Below are positions 27,867 to 37,637 of a DNA stretch of 64,000 bases, one piece after another; the stretch's first letter is position 1, and each line of letters begins with the position of its first letter. The position numbers and the translations under genes are program-made. The notes under the pieces were generated by a model, which was not told where the DNA came from, made no database searches, and worked only from the letters and a program-made list of their open reading frames with translations. The stretch is from Acidimicrobiia bacterium (GTDB taxonomy: Bacteria; Actinomycetota; Acidimicrobiia; Acidimicrobiales; JBBSGY01): positions 269-64,268 of the forward strand of contig JBDIBA010000004.1 in assembly GCA_039812705.1 (NCBI GenBank), read 5' to 3'.

Positions 27867-28886
27867 ATGGAGCAAGCCAAAGCACTCGAAATGGCAATGA
27901 GCCAAATCACCAAGCAGTTCGGACAGGGTTCCATCATGAAGATGGGTGACCGTCCGCAGATGGAAATTGAATCCATTCCAACTGGTGCGTTGTCGCTAGA
28001 TGTTGCCCTTGGCATAGGTGGTTTGCCGCGCGGTCGCGTGGTTGAAATCTACGGTCCCGAATCGTCGGGTAAGTCAACGCTGGCTACTCACGTGGTTGCC
28101 GAGGCTCAGCGCAACGGTGGCAAGTGTGCCTACATCGACGCCGAGCACGCAATGGACCCTGTCTATGCAGCTGCCATCGGTGTCGACATCGACGACTTGC
28201 TGATTTCCCAGCCAGACACTGGTGAGCAAGCTCTTGAGATCACCGACATGTTGATTCGTTCAGGTGCGCTCGACGTCATCGTCATCGACTCCGTTGCCGC
28301 ACTTACGCCAAAGGCCGAAATCGAAGGCGACATGGGTGACAGCCACGTTGGTCTGCAAGCTCGTTTGATGTCTCAGGCGCTTCGCAAGATCACCGCGAAC
28401 CTGAACCGTTCAAATACGGTCTGCATCTTCATTAACCAGTTGCGAGAAAAAATCGGCGTCATGTTTGGTTCTCCGGAGACGACTCCGGGTGGTCGTGCGC
28501 TGAAGTTCTACTCGTCGGTGCGTTTGGACATTCGTCGCATTGAGTCCATTAAGGATGGTGTCGAGGTTGTTGGTAACCGCACTCGCGTGAAGGTTGTCAA
28601 GAACAAGGTGTCGGCACCGTTCCGTCAGGCCGAGTTCGACATCATGTACGGAAAGGGAATCAGTCGCGAGGGCTCCTTGCTCGATGTTGGTGTCGAGCGC
28701 GAGATCATCAAGAAGGCTGGTGCGTGGTTTACCTACGAGGGTGAACAACTCGGACAAGGTCGCGAGAACGCGAAGAAGTATTTGGCCGAGAATCTCGAGC
28801 TCATGGTCGAGATTGACGAAAAGGTGCGCAAGGCCGCCGGTCTCGATGTCGGCGATTCCGCAGAAGAGGTCATCACTCTCGACTGA
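27867..28886 (+). CDS. recA: recombinase RecA
   Basis: Canonical RecA sequence ([42 protein letters not shown]). The ATG at 27867 lies after GGGAAG. The track ORF starts at 27786. Confidence 0.98.
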   Translation: MEQAKALEMAMSQITKQFGQGSIMKMGDRPQMEIESIPTGALSLDVALGIGGLPRGRVVEIYGPESSGKSTLATHVVAEAQRNGGKCAYIDAEHAMDPVYAAAIGVDIDDLLISQPDTGEQALEITDMLIRSGALDVIVIDSVAALTPKAEIEGDMGDSHVGLQARLMSQALRKITANLNRSNTVCIFINQLREKIGVMFGSPETTPGGRALKFYSSVRLDIRRIESIKDGVEVVGNRTRVKVVKNKVSAPFRQAEFDIMYGKGISREGSLLDVGVEREIIKKAGAWFTYEGEQLGQGRENAKKYLAENLELMVEIDEKVRKAAGLDVGDSAEEVITLD

Positions 28887-28915
28887 CCGCTTTTCCTTCT
28901 TGCCTGTTTGAACAA

Positions 28916-28949
28916 CAAACCCCGCGCGGCTTCCGCCCCGCGGGGTTTG
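28916..28949 (+). terminator. hairpin terminator after recA
   Basis: Perfect 11-bp stem caaaccccgcg / cgcggggtttg with a 12-nt loop, 30 nt after the recA stop. The trailing T-tract is weak (TTGTTG). Confidence 0.7.
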
Positions 28950-29034
28950 TTGCATCCCACCCCTGCCCGGCCCGCCCGCCCCGCCCTCACCCGGCCCGCC
29001 AAGCGGCCGGCTCGGCCTCAATCCGCCTCGCGAG

Positions 29035-29112
29035 TTGGCTTCGGTATCGGTTTTTCTTTCAGTTTTGGGGGCGATTCGGCCGGAAAGTGAAAGAAAGTCG
29101 GCGTGAATGCGA
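29035..29112. repeat. left inverted-repeat arm flanking the DUF559 gene
   Basis: 29036-29061 (tggcttcggtatcggtttttctttca) is the exact reverse complement of 30294-30319. Weaker similarity continues for about 50 nt, including tgaaagaaa and cgt.aat.cga. Confidence 0.85.
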
Positions 29113-29318
29113 GGAGTGACGGCAAGTTTCTTTCACCACGGGCCAGACGACAAAAAAACTCGGTCCGCCACTTGCAACCTCACTATCGGTGGCGCTAATA
29201 ATTGAACTCAGTTCGAAAGGTGCATGCGTCGGCGGGCGACGCGCACCAATCGAGCTTCTGCGCTCAGCGCCTCGGTGAGTTTTCGCCCTCCTAAACCCTT
29301 TAGCGAGGAGACAACTCC

Positions 29319-30185
29319 GTGCGAATTCCTTTCACTACCCGCCAGGCTCTTGAGGCCGGCGTCTCGCCAGCATCACTAACCCGTCAGATAAAGCGACAAC
29401 AGATCCAACGCGTTTGCCAAGGCGCATACGTCGCAGGGTCCGATCCGATAACCATTGAAGAACGCGCGGCCGCTGTAACGCTCGCTTCACGCGCCGTTGC
29501 ATTCGGGACCTTTGCGGCAACACTTCACGAGTTGGACAACATTTCGGTGAGTCAGCCGTTCGCATGTGTGCAAACGCAGCGAAAGTCATCACTTGAAGGG
29601 GTCCGCACGCGCTTTCTGCCTGACGCCCACATTACGAACATCAACGGCATCCCTTGCACTTCCGCGTTGCAAACAATGCTCGACCTCGCCGAAGTCGTCT
29701 CGGACAATCTTTGGGAATGCGCTCTTGAATCCGCGCTCCGCAAGAGGCTGGTTCGACTCGTCGACCTTGAGGCCGCGTTGTTGAAGCGCCGATTTGGAAA
29801 CCCGCGGATCCGCCGTGTGCTTGAGCGACGAGGCAGGTCAGAACCGCCGACAGAAAGTCTTCTCGAGACACTAATGGTTCAGTTGATCCGCAGCTCGGAC
29901 GCAATTCCTATGCCGGAACGACAAGTGGAAGTGACATCGGCAGGCGGAACCGTCATCGCGCGGGTTGATCTTGTTTGGCGCGACGCGAAGATTTTTATCG
30001 AGCTTGACGGCAGCCATCACGCCGATCAGGAACTTCACGACAAGACTCGCGAAACCGCCGTGATGGCTGCAACAGGTTGGCGACCCGTTCGATTCACTTG
30101 GGAAAACGTTGTCAGGACTCCGCGCGTCACTTTGGATCGCCTCGAACGGATCTACCAGTGGTCTGTGGATCCGAAATCGGCTTAA
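29319..30185 (+). CDS. AbiEi-like wHTH + DUF559 (Vsr/PD-(D/E)xK-like endonuclease fold) domain protein
   Basis: 288 aa. The N-terminus FTTRQALEAGVSPASLTRQIKRQQIQRVCQGAYV resembles the AbiEi_4-type wHTH. The C-terminus RVDLVWRDAKIFIELDGSHH...GWRPVRFTWENV is the typical DUF559 pattern. The GTG start lies 8 nt after GAGGAG. Confidence 0.82.
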   Translation: MRIPFTTRQALEAGVSPASLTRQIKRQQIQRVCQGAYVAGSDPITIEERAAAVTLASRAVAFGTFAATLHELDNISVSQPFACVQTQRKSSLEGVRTRFLPDAHITNINGIPCTSALQTMLDLAEVVSDNLWECALESALRKRLVRLVDLEAALLKRRFGNPRIRRVLERRGRSEPPTESLLETLMVQLIRSSDAIPMPERQVEVTSAGGTVIARVDLVWRDAKIFIELDGSHHADQELHDKTRETAVMAATGWRPVRFTWENVVRTPRVTLDRLERIYQWSVDPKSA

Positions 30186-30240
30186 TTGGCATCGCGGCGG
30201 CGGCATCGTTCGATCAGTGGCGGTGCTCATCGTGGCCTGA

Positions 30241-30320
30241 GCGTCGATTGACGGAGAGTTTCTTTCAAAATTGAGGCAATTCGGGCCCAAAAATGAAAGA
30301 AAAACCGATACCGAAGCCAG
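30241..30320. repeat. right inverted-repeat arm flanking the DUF559 gene
   Basis: 30294-30319 (tgaaagaaaaaccgataccgaagcca) is the exact reverse complement of 29036-29061. The arm contains its own tttctttca ... tgaaagaaa hairpin. Confidence 0.85.
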
Positions 30321-30405
30321 AGAGAGCGCGGCCGAAGGTCGCGCTCTTTCTACGGGCGTGAGTCGGCGCGGGGTTGAGGTGGGCGGCGGGTAGGATCATC
30401 GCCCG

Positions 30406-31845
30406 ATGTCGCGCACCTATTTTGTCCGGACGTTTGGCTGTCAGATGAACGAGCACGATTCTGAACGAATCGCCGGTTTGTTGGAGGCCGAAGGCATGAC
30501 GCCGGCCGAATCCCAAGAGGAAGCCGACGTTGTCGTCATGAACACATGCACGATTCGAGAAAATGCCGACACGCGTCTCTACGGCGAACTCGGCCGCCTA
30601 AAGGCAATAAAAGACCAGCGCCCGGACATGCAGATTGCCGTGGGTGGATGCATGGCACAGAAGGACAAGGGTGGGGTTCAAGAACGCGCGCCATGGGTTG
30701 ACGCGGTGTTTGGGACGCACAACGTCGCCAACGCAGCCGAACTGTTGAAAAGGGCAGAGCTTGAAGGCCCGATAACTGAGATTTTTGAAGAAGCTGAAGC
30801 GTTCCCTTCTGCGTTGCCGGTGCGTCGCGACGTTCCGTGGTCGGCATGGGTGACCATACAGATCGGGTGTGACAACAAGTGCGCGTTCTGCATCGTCCCG
30901 TCTGTGCGTGGCAAGGAAATCTCGCGACCATTCGGCGAGTTGCTCGAAGAAGTGTCAAACCTGGCCGAACAAGGCACAACCGAAGTCACATTGCTCGGCC
31001 AGAACGTCAACTCCTACGGTCGCGACATCACGGTTGACTTGCGCGGCACCGAAACGCGCGACTCGTTCAAGGCCGGTGCGATCTGGGCGGCAGGCGAGAC
31101 GTTGCGCCCGCGCCCGCTGTTTGCGGACCTGTTGCGCGAAGTCGGTGCAATCGACGGCATTGAACGCGTCCGCTACACAAGTCCGCACCCGAAGGACCTG
31201 CGACCCGAAACGATTGCTGCGATGGCCGATACGCCCGAGGTTTGCAATCACCTCCACCTACCACTGCAGAGTGGCTCGAATGAAGTGTTGCGTCGCATGC
31301 ACCGCGGCTACACGGCCGAGCGATACTTGGAGAAACTCGCGGCTGCGCGTTCCGGTATCGACGACCTGGCAGTGACCACAGACATCATCGTTGGGTTTCC
31401 CGGTGAAACCGAAGAGGACTTTCTCGCAAGTTGCCAGGTTGCAGCCGAGGCCGAATATGACAGCGCGTTTCTGTTCCGGTTCTCGCCACGTCCCGGCACG
31501 GAAGCCGCCGAGTTTTCGCCAGAACTGATGGTTCCCGAAGACGTCATCGCAGACCGTTTCAATCGCATCAACGCGATTCTTGAAAGAAGCGCCCTGCGTA
31601 AGCACGAATCGCGCGTTGGCAGAACCGAAGAGGTTCTCATCGAAGGCCCGAGCAAGCGCAACGCAGATGTTTCAAGCGGTCGAACCCGTCAGAACAAGCT
31701 TGTGCACATTCCCGGCGTCTACAAGGGCGGCAGTCTTGTGATGGCAGAAATCGAAAGCGCAGCCCCGCACTTCCTGCGCGGTCGCTTGGTCGAAAAACTT
31801 CGCGACGCCAAACACAAGCGTCGCATCGCGGTATTCGCCTCTTGA
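30406..31845 (+). CDS. miaB: tRNA-i6A37 methylthiotransferase
   Basis: 479 aa with the N-terminal FVRTFGCQMNEHDSE, the radical SAM motif CDNKCAFCIVP and a C-terminal TRAM domain. Confidence 0.95.
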   Translation: MSRTYFVRTFGCQMNEHDSERIAGLLEAEGMTPAESQEEADVVVMNTCTIRENADTRLYGELGRLKAIKDQRPDMQIAVGGCMAQKDKGGVQERAPWVDAVFGTHNVANAAELLKRAELEGPITEIFEEAEAFPSALPVRRDVPWSAWVTIQIGCDNKCAFCIVPSVRGKEISRPFGELLEEVSNLAEQGTTEVTLLGQNVNSYGRDITVDLRGTETRDSFKAGAIWAAGETLRPRPLFADLLREVGAIDGIERVRYTSPHPKDLRPETIAAMADTPEVCNHLHLPLQSGSNEVLRRMHRGYTAERYLEKLAAARSGIDDLAVTTDIIVGFPGETEEDFLASCQVAAEAEYDSAFLFRFSPRPGTEAAEFSPELMVPEDVIADRFNRINAILERSALRKHESRVGRTEEVLIEGPSKRNADVSSGRTRQNKLVHIPGVYKGGSLVMAEIESAAPHFLRGRLVEKLRDAKHKRRIAVFAS

Positions 31846-32774
31846 CAAATCACATTTGCCTGGTTGGTACGACTGCATCTGGAAAGTCGCGCATTGCAAT
31901 TGAAATTGCCAAAGCCTTTCCCGACACATTCGAACTTGTTAGCGCGGACTCCATGGCGGTTTATCGGGGGATGGACATCGGCACGGCGACGCCGACTGCG
32001 CACGAACGCCAGGCCGCGCGCCACCACATGATCGACATTGTCGACGCCGGTGCGGACTACACGTTGAGCGAGTTTCAATCAACGGTGCGAAGCGTGCTGA
32101 AAGACATCGAGTCACGCAACAAGCGGGCAATTCTGGTTGGCGGAACAGGTCTCTATGTGCGCGCCATTGTTGACCCGTTCGACATTCCCGGGCAGTTTCC
32201 AGATGCGCGCCGACACGTAGATCAACTCTCTGTCGACCAACTCGCAGAGCGCCTTGGTGAACTAGACCCGCTTGCATTGTCGCGAATCCCGAAGGGCAAT
32301 GAACGTCGACTGCAGCGCGCACTTGAAGTGACGATTGGCTCGGGCAGGCCATTTTCGTCGTTTGGTCAAGGGATGGATAGGTTCGCGCCGACGTCATTTG
32401 CACAGTTCGGTATTTGGCTGCCTCGACCCGTTGTCGCGAAACGAATTGAATCGCGCGTTGATGAAATGATCTCGAGCGGCTGGATTGATGAAACGCGAAA
32501 GCTGCTGGACGGAGATTGGTCGCGTACGGCGCGTCAGGCGATTGGTTACAAGCAGTGGCAACAAGTGATTGCTGGAGAAGTTCCGCTTGAGAGGGCACGG
32601 ACGGAAGTCATTTCGGCAACGAAATCCTTCGCCCGCAAGCAAAGAATGTGGTTTCGGCGCGATCCGCGGGTCAAGTGGTTTGGGACCGAAGAGGACCCGG
32701 CCGCGCTCATTCCTGCGTTGCTGGCAGAATGTCGGGCTTGGCGCAATATCGAGATGCAAGGAGGTGACAAATGA
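31842..32774 (+). CDS. miaA: tRNA dimethylallyltransferase
   Basis: 310 aa with P-loop VGTTASGKS and DSMAVYRGMDIGTA. The TTG start overlaps the miaB stop. Confidence 0.93.
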   Translation: MTNHICLVGTTASGKSRIAIEIAKAFPDTFELVSADSMAVYRGMDIGTATPTAHERQAARHHMIDIVDAGADYTLSEFQSTVRSVLKDIESRNKRAILVGGTGLYVRAIVDPFDIPGQFPDARRHVDQLSVDQLAERLGELDPLALSRIPKGNERRLQRALEVTIGSGRPFSSFGQGMDRFAPTSFAQFGIWLPRPVVAKRIESRVDEMISSGWIDETRKLLDGDWSRTARQAIGYKQWQQVIAGEVPLERARTEVISATKSFARKQRMWFRRDPRVKWFGTEEDPAALIPALLAECRAWRNIEMQGGDK

Positions 32775-34093
32775 GCCTTATTGAGCGGTCGTTTAGAGAA
32801 AAGATTGTTCTGGTGGGCGTTGTCACGTCTGCGCAGTCCCAAGAAGAGGTCGAGGTAAGCCTCGACGAGCTTGCCCTGCTTGTCGACACGGCCGGCGCCG
32901 ATGTCAAGGCGCGGATCATTCAACGCCGCGATGCGCCCGACCCCGCCACCTATGTTGGGCGCGGCAAGGCGCAAGAACTGCACGAGATCTCGTTAGAAGT
33001 TGACTCGGACACGGTTGTATTCGACGACGAATTGACGCCGGCGCAGCAGCGCAACCTCGAAAAGATTCTTGGCCGCACAGCCATTGACCGCACGGCCGTC
33101 ATCTTGGACATCTTTGGCCAAAACGCGCGCACGCTTGAAGGCAAGGCCCAAGTCGAACTGGCACTTCTTCGTTACAGATTGCCAAGGTTGCGTGGCCGCG
33201 GCGTCAAGATGAGCCAGCAAGGTGGTGGCATCGGAACGCGAATGGGTGGCGGTGAAACGAAACTCGAAACGGACCGCCGAACGATTCTTCGTCGCATTTC
33301 TCAACTTGAAGCCGAGCTGCGCAGCGCCGATCAGACGCGCCAGATCCAACGGGGCTCTCGTCGTCGCAGCCGCAATCACCGTGTTTCATTCGTTGGCTAT
33401 ACCAACGCTGGCAAGTCCACGCTGCTCAACGCCATCACAAACGCGGGAACACTCGTCGAAAACCGCCTGTTTTCAACGCTCGATCCAATTACGCGCCGCG
33501 GCTCACTTCCCGGCGGTGAAGTCGTGTTGTTCAGCGACACCGTTGGTTTTGTGCGCAAGTTGCCTCACCAACTGGTTGAAGCGTTTCGTTCCACTCTTGA
33601 GGAAGTCAACGACGCAGAGTTGCTTGTGCATGTGGTTGACGCTTCGGGGCCAGACCCCCGCAAACAGATTGATGCTGTGCGCGTTGTTCTTGACGAGATC
33701 GAAACGGATCACATTCCCGAATTGATGATCTTCAACAAGGTCGACAGGTTGGACCCGCTGCAACGCGAAGACCTCGCGAGATTGGTTGACGAATACCCAG
33801 GTTGTGTGGTTGCTTCGGCTCGTTCAGGTGAAGGTGTCGAGCAGGTCGTTGCGGCGATTTCATCGCGACTGCGTGGTACTCGGTCCGTGCTCAACCTCGC
33901 AGTGCCGTTCCAGCGCGGTGACATTTACGCTGCGCTACACCGCGAAGGCGAGATCGTCAGCGAATCCGAGACCGAAAACGCCTGGATGATCGTTGTGCGG
34001 CTCGACAGGGCCGATGCACACCGATTCACTGAATTCGAAATAGACAAAGACCAGCAGTCAGGTCAAATAGGGGAGCCCGATGCCACAGATTGA
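32771..34093 (+). CDS. hflX: GTPase HflX
   Basis: 440 aa with the HflX N-domain (ELALLVDTAGA, AQVELALLRYRLPRL) and G-domain motifs GYTNAGKSTLLN, DTVGF and NKVD. Confidence 0.93.
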   Translation: MSLIERSFREKIVLVGVVTSAQSQEEVEVSLDELALLVDTAGADVKARIIQRRDAPDPATYVGRGKAQELHEISLEVDSDTVVFDDELTPAQQRNLEKILGRTAIDRTAVILDIFGQNARTLEGKAQVELALLRYRLPRLRGRGVKMSQQGGGIGTRMGGGETKLETDRRTILRRISQLEAELRSADQTRQIQRGSRRRSRNHRVSFVGYTNAGKSTLLNAITNAGTLVENRLFSTLDPITRRGSLPGGEVVLFSDTVGFVRKLPHQLVEAFRSTLEEVNDAELLVHVVDASGPDPRKQIDAVRVVLDEIETDHIPELMIFNKVDRLDPLQREDLARLVDEYPGCVVASARSGEGVEQVVAAISSRLRGTRSVLNLAVPFQRGDIYAALHREGEIVSESETENAWMIVVRLDRADAHRFTEFEIDKDQQSGQIGEPDATD

Positions 34094-34931
34094 GTTCGCA
34101 AAGATGCACGGAACGGGCAATGACTTTGTGGTGTTCGCCGATTTTGATGAGCTGTTGAACCTTGATGAAAACGCCGTTCGCAAACTTTGTGACCGCAACT
34201 TTGGCGTTGGTGCCGATGGGGTAATTCGCATTTCGCGCAAGAACGGCGCGTATTTCATGGACTACCGAAACGCCGACGGTTCTATTGGCGACATGTGTGG
34301 CAATGGCATTCGCACGGTTGGCAAGTGGCTTGGTGACCGCAACCTCGCCCACGACGAAGCCACTGTTGACACCCGGTCTGGGGTTAAGACTTTGCAATTG
34401 CGACGCAGCGCAAACGGTGCCGTTGACAGTGTTCGCGTTGATATGGGTCAGCCCAAGAGCGCGGTTGAAACGGTTGCGATTGATACAGATTTCGGCACGC
34501 ATGAGGTCTCAACAGTCAGCATGGGAAACCCGCACGCGGTCATGTTTGTTGACTCTGTTGGCGTTTTGGAACACCTCGATGTTGCAGGTGTTGGTAGTGC
34601 ACTTGAAAAACATCCGCACTTTCCAGCAGGTACGAATGTCGAGTTTGTTGTGGTGGGTGACAACGCAGCGCTGTTGCGAACCTGGGAACGCGGTGTCGGC
34701 GAAACGCTGGCTTGCGGAACAGGCGCTTGCGCGACGGTCGTTAGCTCAATTGCGACAGGGAGATTGCAGGCAAGTACCCAGCCGGTCAAGGTCGAAGTCC
34801 TTGGTGGGGTGTTAGAGATCGAATGGCAAGAAGGTCAATCGGTGTACATGGCTGGTCCGGCCGTTGAAGTGTTTCGTGGGGTAATCAATCTCGACGTGTC
34901 GTTGTCTAGCGAGACGTCGAACGAGGCGTAG
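34080..34931 (+). CDS. dapF: diaminopimelate epimerase
   Basis: 283 aa with FAKMHGTGNDF and catalytic Cys contexts MCGNG and ACGTGACA. It overlaps hflX by 14 nt. Confidence 0.92.
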   Translation: MPQIEFAKMHGTGNDFVVFADFDELLNLDENAVRKLCDRNFGVGADGVIRISRKNGAYFMDYRNADGSIGDMCGNGIRTVGKWLGDRNLAHDEATVDTRSGVKTLQLRRSANGAVDSVRVDMGQPKSAVETVAIDTDFGTHEVSTVSMGNPHAVMFVDSVGVLEHLDVAGVGSALEKHPHFPAGTNVEFVVVGDNAALLRTWERGVGETLACGTGACATVVSSIATGRLQASTQPVKVEVLGGVLEIEWQEGQSVYMAGPAVEVFRGVINLDVSLSSETSNEA

Positions 34932-34951
34932 TACGCGCACAGGGTTTGTGG

Positions 34952-35761
34952 CTAGATGGCCGCGCCATGTTCGCGAAGCAGATCGTTGAGTTGAAGCTTT
35001 GACTCGGTCAATTCGTTTCGATATCCAATGATCAGCCCGGCCGGGAGGAAATAGTCGCCGGCAGGAAATGTCTTCTTGCGTGAACCCGGAATGACGATTG
35101 CGCCTTCGGGAACAACACCACGGTGCTCGACGGGTTCTGCCACCGTTACGTCGATGATTGGCGTTGTCGCCGTGATCACAGTGTTGGCACCAAGCACGGC
35201 ATTGCGTCGAACCCGGGCGCCCTCAACAACAATGCAACGCGACCCGATGAACGCGTTGTCTTCGATGATCACTGGCGCGGCTTGCAGGGGTTCGAGTACG
35301 CCACCGATGCCGACGCCGCCTGAAAGGTGCACGTTGGCTCCGATTTGCGCACAGGAGCCAACAGTTGCCCAAGTGTCGACCATGGTCCCTTCGCCAACCC
35401 AAGCACCGATGTTCACGTAACTGGGCATCAAGACAACGCCTTGAGACAAAAAGCTCCCGTAGCGGGCAACGGCCGGCGGAACACAACGTACGCCGCTCTT
35501 CTCGAAGTCGTCTTTGAGCGGAACCTTGTCGCGGTACTGGGTCCAAGTGCCGTCAATGTTTTCGTTGTCATGAATGGCGAAGTACAGCAGCACGGCTTGT
35601 TTGACCCACTCGTTGACGCGCCAGTTGTCGCCTTCGGGCTCGGCAACTCGCAGGCCTCCGTTGTTGAGTTCAATCAGAACGTTCTCAACGGCATCTGTGT
35701 CGATGTTGGAGCGGTCGTTCCACGAGCTTTCGATTCGGTTCTGTAGTTCGGCGGTGTTCAA
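34952..35761 (-). CDS. dapD: 2,3,4,5-tetrahydropyridine-2,6-dicarboxylate N-succinyltransferase
   Basis: 269 aa with a short DapD-type N-domain followed by left-handed beta-helix hexapeptide repeats (GAWVGEGTMVDTWATVGSCAQIGANVHLSGGVGIGG). Confidence 0.9.
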   Translation of the reverse strand: MNTAELQNRIESSWNDRSNIDTDAVENVLIELNNGGLRVAEPEGDNWRVNEWVKQAVLLYFAIHDNENIDGTWTQYRDKVPLKDDFEKSGVRCVPPAVARYGSFLSQGVVLMPSYVNIGAWVGEGTMVDTWATVGSCAQIGANVHLSGGVGIGGVLEPLQAAPVIIEDNAFIGSRCIVVEGARVRRNAVLGANTVITATTPIIDVTVAEPVEHRGVVPEGAIVIPGSRKKTFPAGDYFLPAGLIIGYRNELTESKLQLNDLLREHGAAI

Positions 35762-35771
35762 TGCAGTGTCC

Positions 35772-36878
35772 TTATTTCGTCTTGTCTGGTGGCGCGTACT
35801 TGGCGAGAAAAGTACTGAGCACGTCGAAGTTGGCGATCAGTGCGTTTTCGCTAATCGCTTCATTATCGCAGTGGGCAAGCGCGGGATCGCCGGGTCCAAA
35901 GTTGACAGCAGGCACGCCAATAGCTGCAAAGTCGGCAACGTTTGTCCAGGCTTGTTTTGGCGTCGGGCGTTGATTGCTGAGCGCAATCAACATTTGCACG
36001 CCTTGGTGTTGACGATTGGGGAGCGCGCCTGGTGCGTTCCCTGCAACGGTGATTGTGGCGCCGCTGTCTGCAAAGCGTTGCGTCCAAATATCTGCTGCCT
36101 TACTTGCGGACAGCGACGGTGAATAACGCACATTGATCTGCGCTTTGGCGTTGTCGGGAATGACGTTGCGAGCGTGTCCGCCAGAGATGTTTGTGACGCT
36201 TGCGACTTCGCGGTACACCAGGCCATCGATGTCGACATCGTTTGGAGACGCGCTTGCGATTTCGGCTAGCGCGCCAATCGCTTTGTGAATTGCGTTGTCG
36301 CCCAGCCACGGGCGCGCGCTGTGTGCCGCCAACCCGTTGAATGAAACGTCGATGTTGAGGTTTCCTTGGCATCCGAGTTCAACGGAGTTTGTCGTTGGTT
36401 CCAAAAGGATCGCAAAACCAGCCGATTGCAGGCTTGTGCAATTCTTCAATGCAGGCACGAGAGCGGAGCGCGTTGCCGGTAGTTCCTCTCGACCAAAAAA
36501 CAACAGCCCGACGTTGATTTGGCTTTGCAGTTCGGATGAGTCGAGTGCTTTGGCGAGGCACAACATGACGGCCAAACCGCCCTTCATGTCTGATGCGCCG
36601 CGACCAACCAGTTCGCGTCCGGCCGACACGTTGTTGCTTACGACCGCCGGAACATTGTCAGCGATTGGAACAGTGTCGGTATGGCCGACCAGCAGCACAT
36701 CGATCGAACGTTTTGGTTCTTGCGCGAACAACGCAACTGAGTCCTCGTCGTAAACCGCATGAAAGGACGTTGGAAGCGACTCTTTGACGTGGTCCAGAAG
36801 GACGGTCTCGTCCTCGCTGACCGAGGGAATGTCGATCAAAGCCCTTGTGATGTCGAACAACTGTGAGCGTGCGGTCAC
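35772..36878 (-). CDS. dapE: succinyl-diaminopimelate desuccinylase (M20 family)
   Basis: 368 aa with M20 motifs VGHTDTVP and RGASDMKGG. It is adjacent to and co-oriented with dapD. Confidence 0.86.
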   Translation of the reverse strand: MTARSQLFDITRALIDIPSVSEDETVLLDHVKESLPTSFHAVYDEDSVALFAQEPKRSIDVLLVGHTDTVPIADNVPAVVSNNVSAGRELVGRGASDMKGGLAVMLCLAKALDSSELQSQINVGLLFFGREELPATRSALVPALKNCTSLQSAGFAILLEPTTNSVELGCQGNLNIDVSFNGLAAHSARPWLGDNAIHKAIGALAEIASASPNDVDIDGLVYREVASVTNISGGHARNVIPDNAKAQINVRYSPSLSASKAADIWTQRFADSGATITVAGNAPGALPNRQHQGVQMLIALSNQRPTPKQAWTNVADFAAIGVPAVNFGPGDPALAHCDNEAISENALIANFDVLSTFLAKYAPPDKTK

Positions 36879-36902
36879 GGCGTCACGCTAAACGTGCAAG
36901 GC

Positions 36903-37637
36903 CTAGTAACGGCGGATAACGGTCACGACTTTGCCGTAGACCGTGACCTCGTCGGAGGCCTGGCGTGCCGTGAAGATCATGTCCTCCATGTCGTCGTTAG
37001 CCGGGCGAAGAATCAACTTGTTTCCCTTTTGATGGAAGGTCTTGACCGTGGCTTCTTCGCCGGGGATTCCGGCCACGACGATGTCGCCGTTCTTGGGGTC
37101 GGCGTCGTAGTTGGCAACCACGTAGTCGCCGTCCATAATTCCCTTGTTGATCATCGAGGTGCCGCGAACACGCAACATGAACAGCTGACCTTGTCCCGTG
37201 AAGTCCTCGGGCAAGGGGAGCGTTTCTTCAAAGTTTTGTTGCGCCAGCACGTTGGTTCCCGCGGCCACTTCACCGACGAGCGGAATGTGCTTGACGGGCC
37301 TGCGCTCAAGCACTGCATTTGAACCGGGGACCCAGCAGACCTCTAGCGCGCGAGGCTTGTCGGGATGACGCTTTAGATAGCCGCCTTTGTGCAGTGTCTT
37401 GAGTTGCGAGTGAACCGATGAGGGCGATGCAAGACCAACGGCGTCGCCAATTTCACGCACGGACGGCGGGAAGTTGTTGTTGGTGATGTACTCGTCGATG
37501 AAGGTGAGTATTTCCTTGCGTTTACCGGAAAGCGACACCTTGTTGTCCTCTGAACCGTCGCTGTCTTGCGCCGTGGGTCTTTGCATGGATTTGAGACGCG
37601 GCTCGACTTGGCGTTGTGGCTTCTTTGGTGTTGGCAT
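36903..37637 (-). CDS. lexA: SOS repressor LexA
   Basis: wHTH (PSVREIGDAVGLASPSSVHSQLKTLHKGGYL), an autocleavage region VAAGTN, and S24 peptidase motifs RVRGTSM and a KTF lysine. The ATG at 37637 was chosen. The track ORF extends to 38015 through non-LexA sequence. Confidence 0.93.
   Translation of the reverse strand: MPTPKKPQRQVEPRLKSMQRPTAQDSDGSEDNKVSLSGKRKEILTFIDEYITNNNFPPSVREIGDAVGLASPSSVHSQLKTLHKGGYLKRHPDKPRALEVCWVPGSNAVLERRPVKHIPLVGEVAAGTNVLAQQNFEETLPLPEDFTGQGQLFMLRVRGTSMINKGIMDGDYVVANYDADPKNGDIVVAGIPGEEATVKTFHQKGNKLILRPANDDMEDMIFTARQASDEVTVYGKVVTVIRRY

Larger units (their letters stand above)
29035..30320. mobile_element. possible non-autonomous IR-bounded cassette carrying a DUF559 endonuclease-like gene
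   Basis: One gene is bracketed by about 80-nt imperfect inverted repeats with a 26-nt perfect core, at the site where recX normally lies. There is no transposase and I identified no target-site duplication. Confidence 0.3.

Noticed and set aside
28908-29090. Small ORFs 28908-29090 (+) and 30265-30516 (-) that share a GFGIGFSF peptide.
   Set aside because: The shared peptide is a direct consequence of the inverted DNA repeats. The ORFs cross terminator and low-complexity C-rich sequence and have no RBS.
29204-29214. GAAC-TCA-GTTC palindrome about 105 nt upstream of the DUF559 gene, a possible SOS box.
   Set aside because: The spacer is 3 nt, not the 4 nt of the LexA operator seen at recA and lexA in this same window. 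I do not treat it as a LexA site without binding data.
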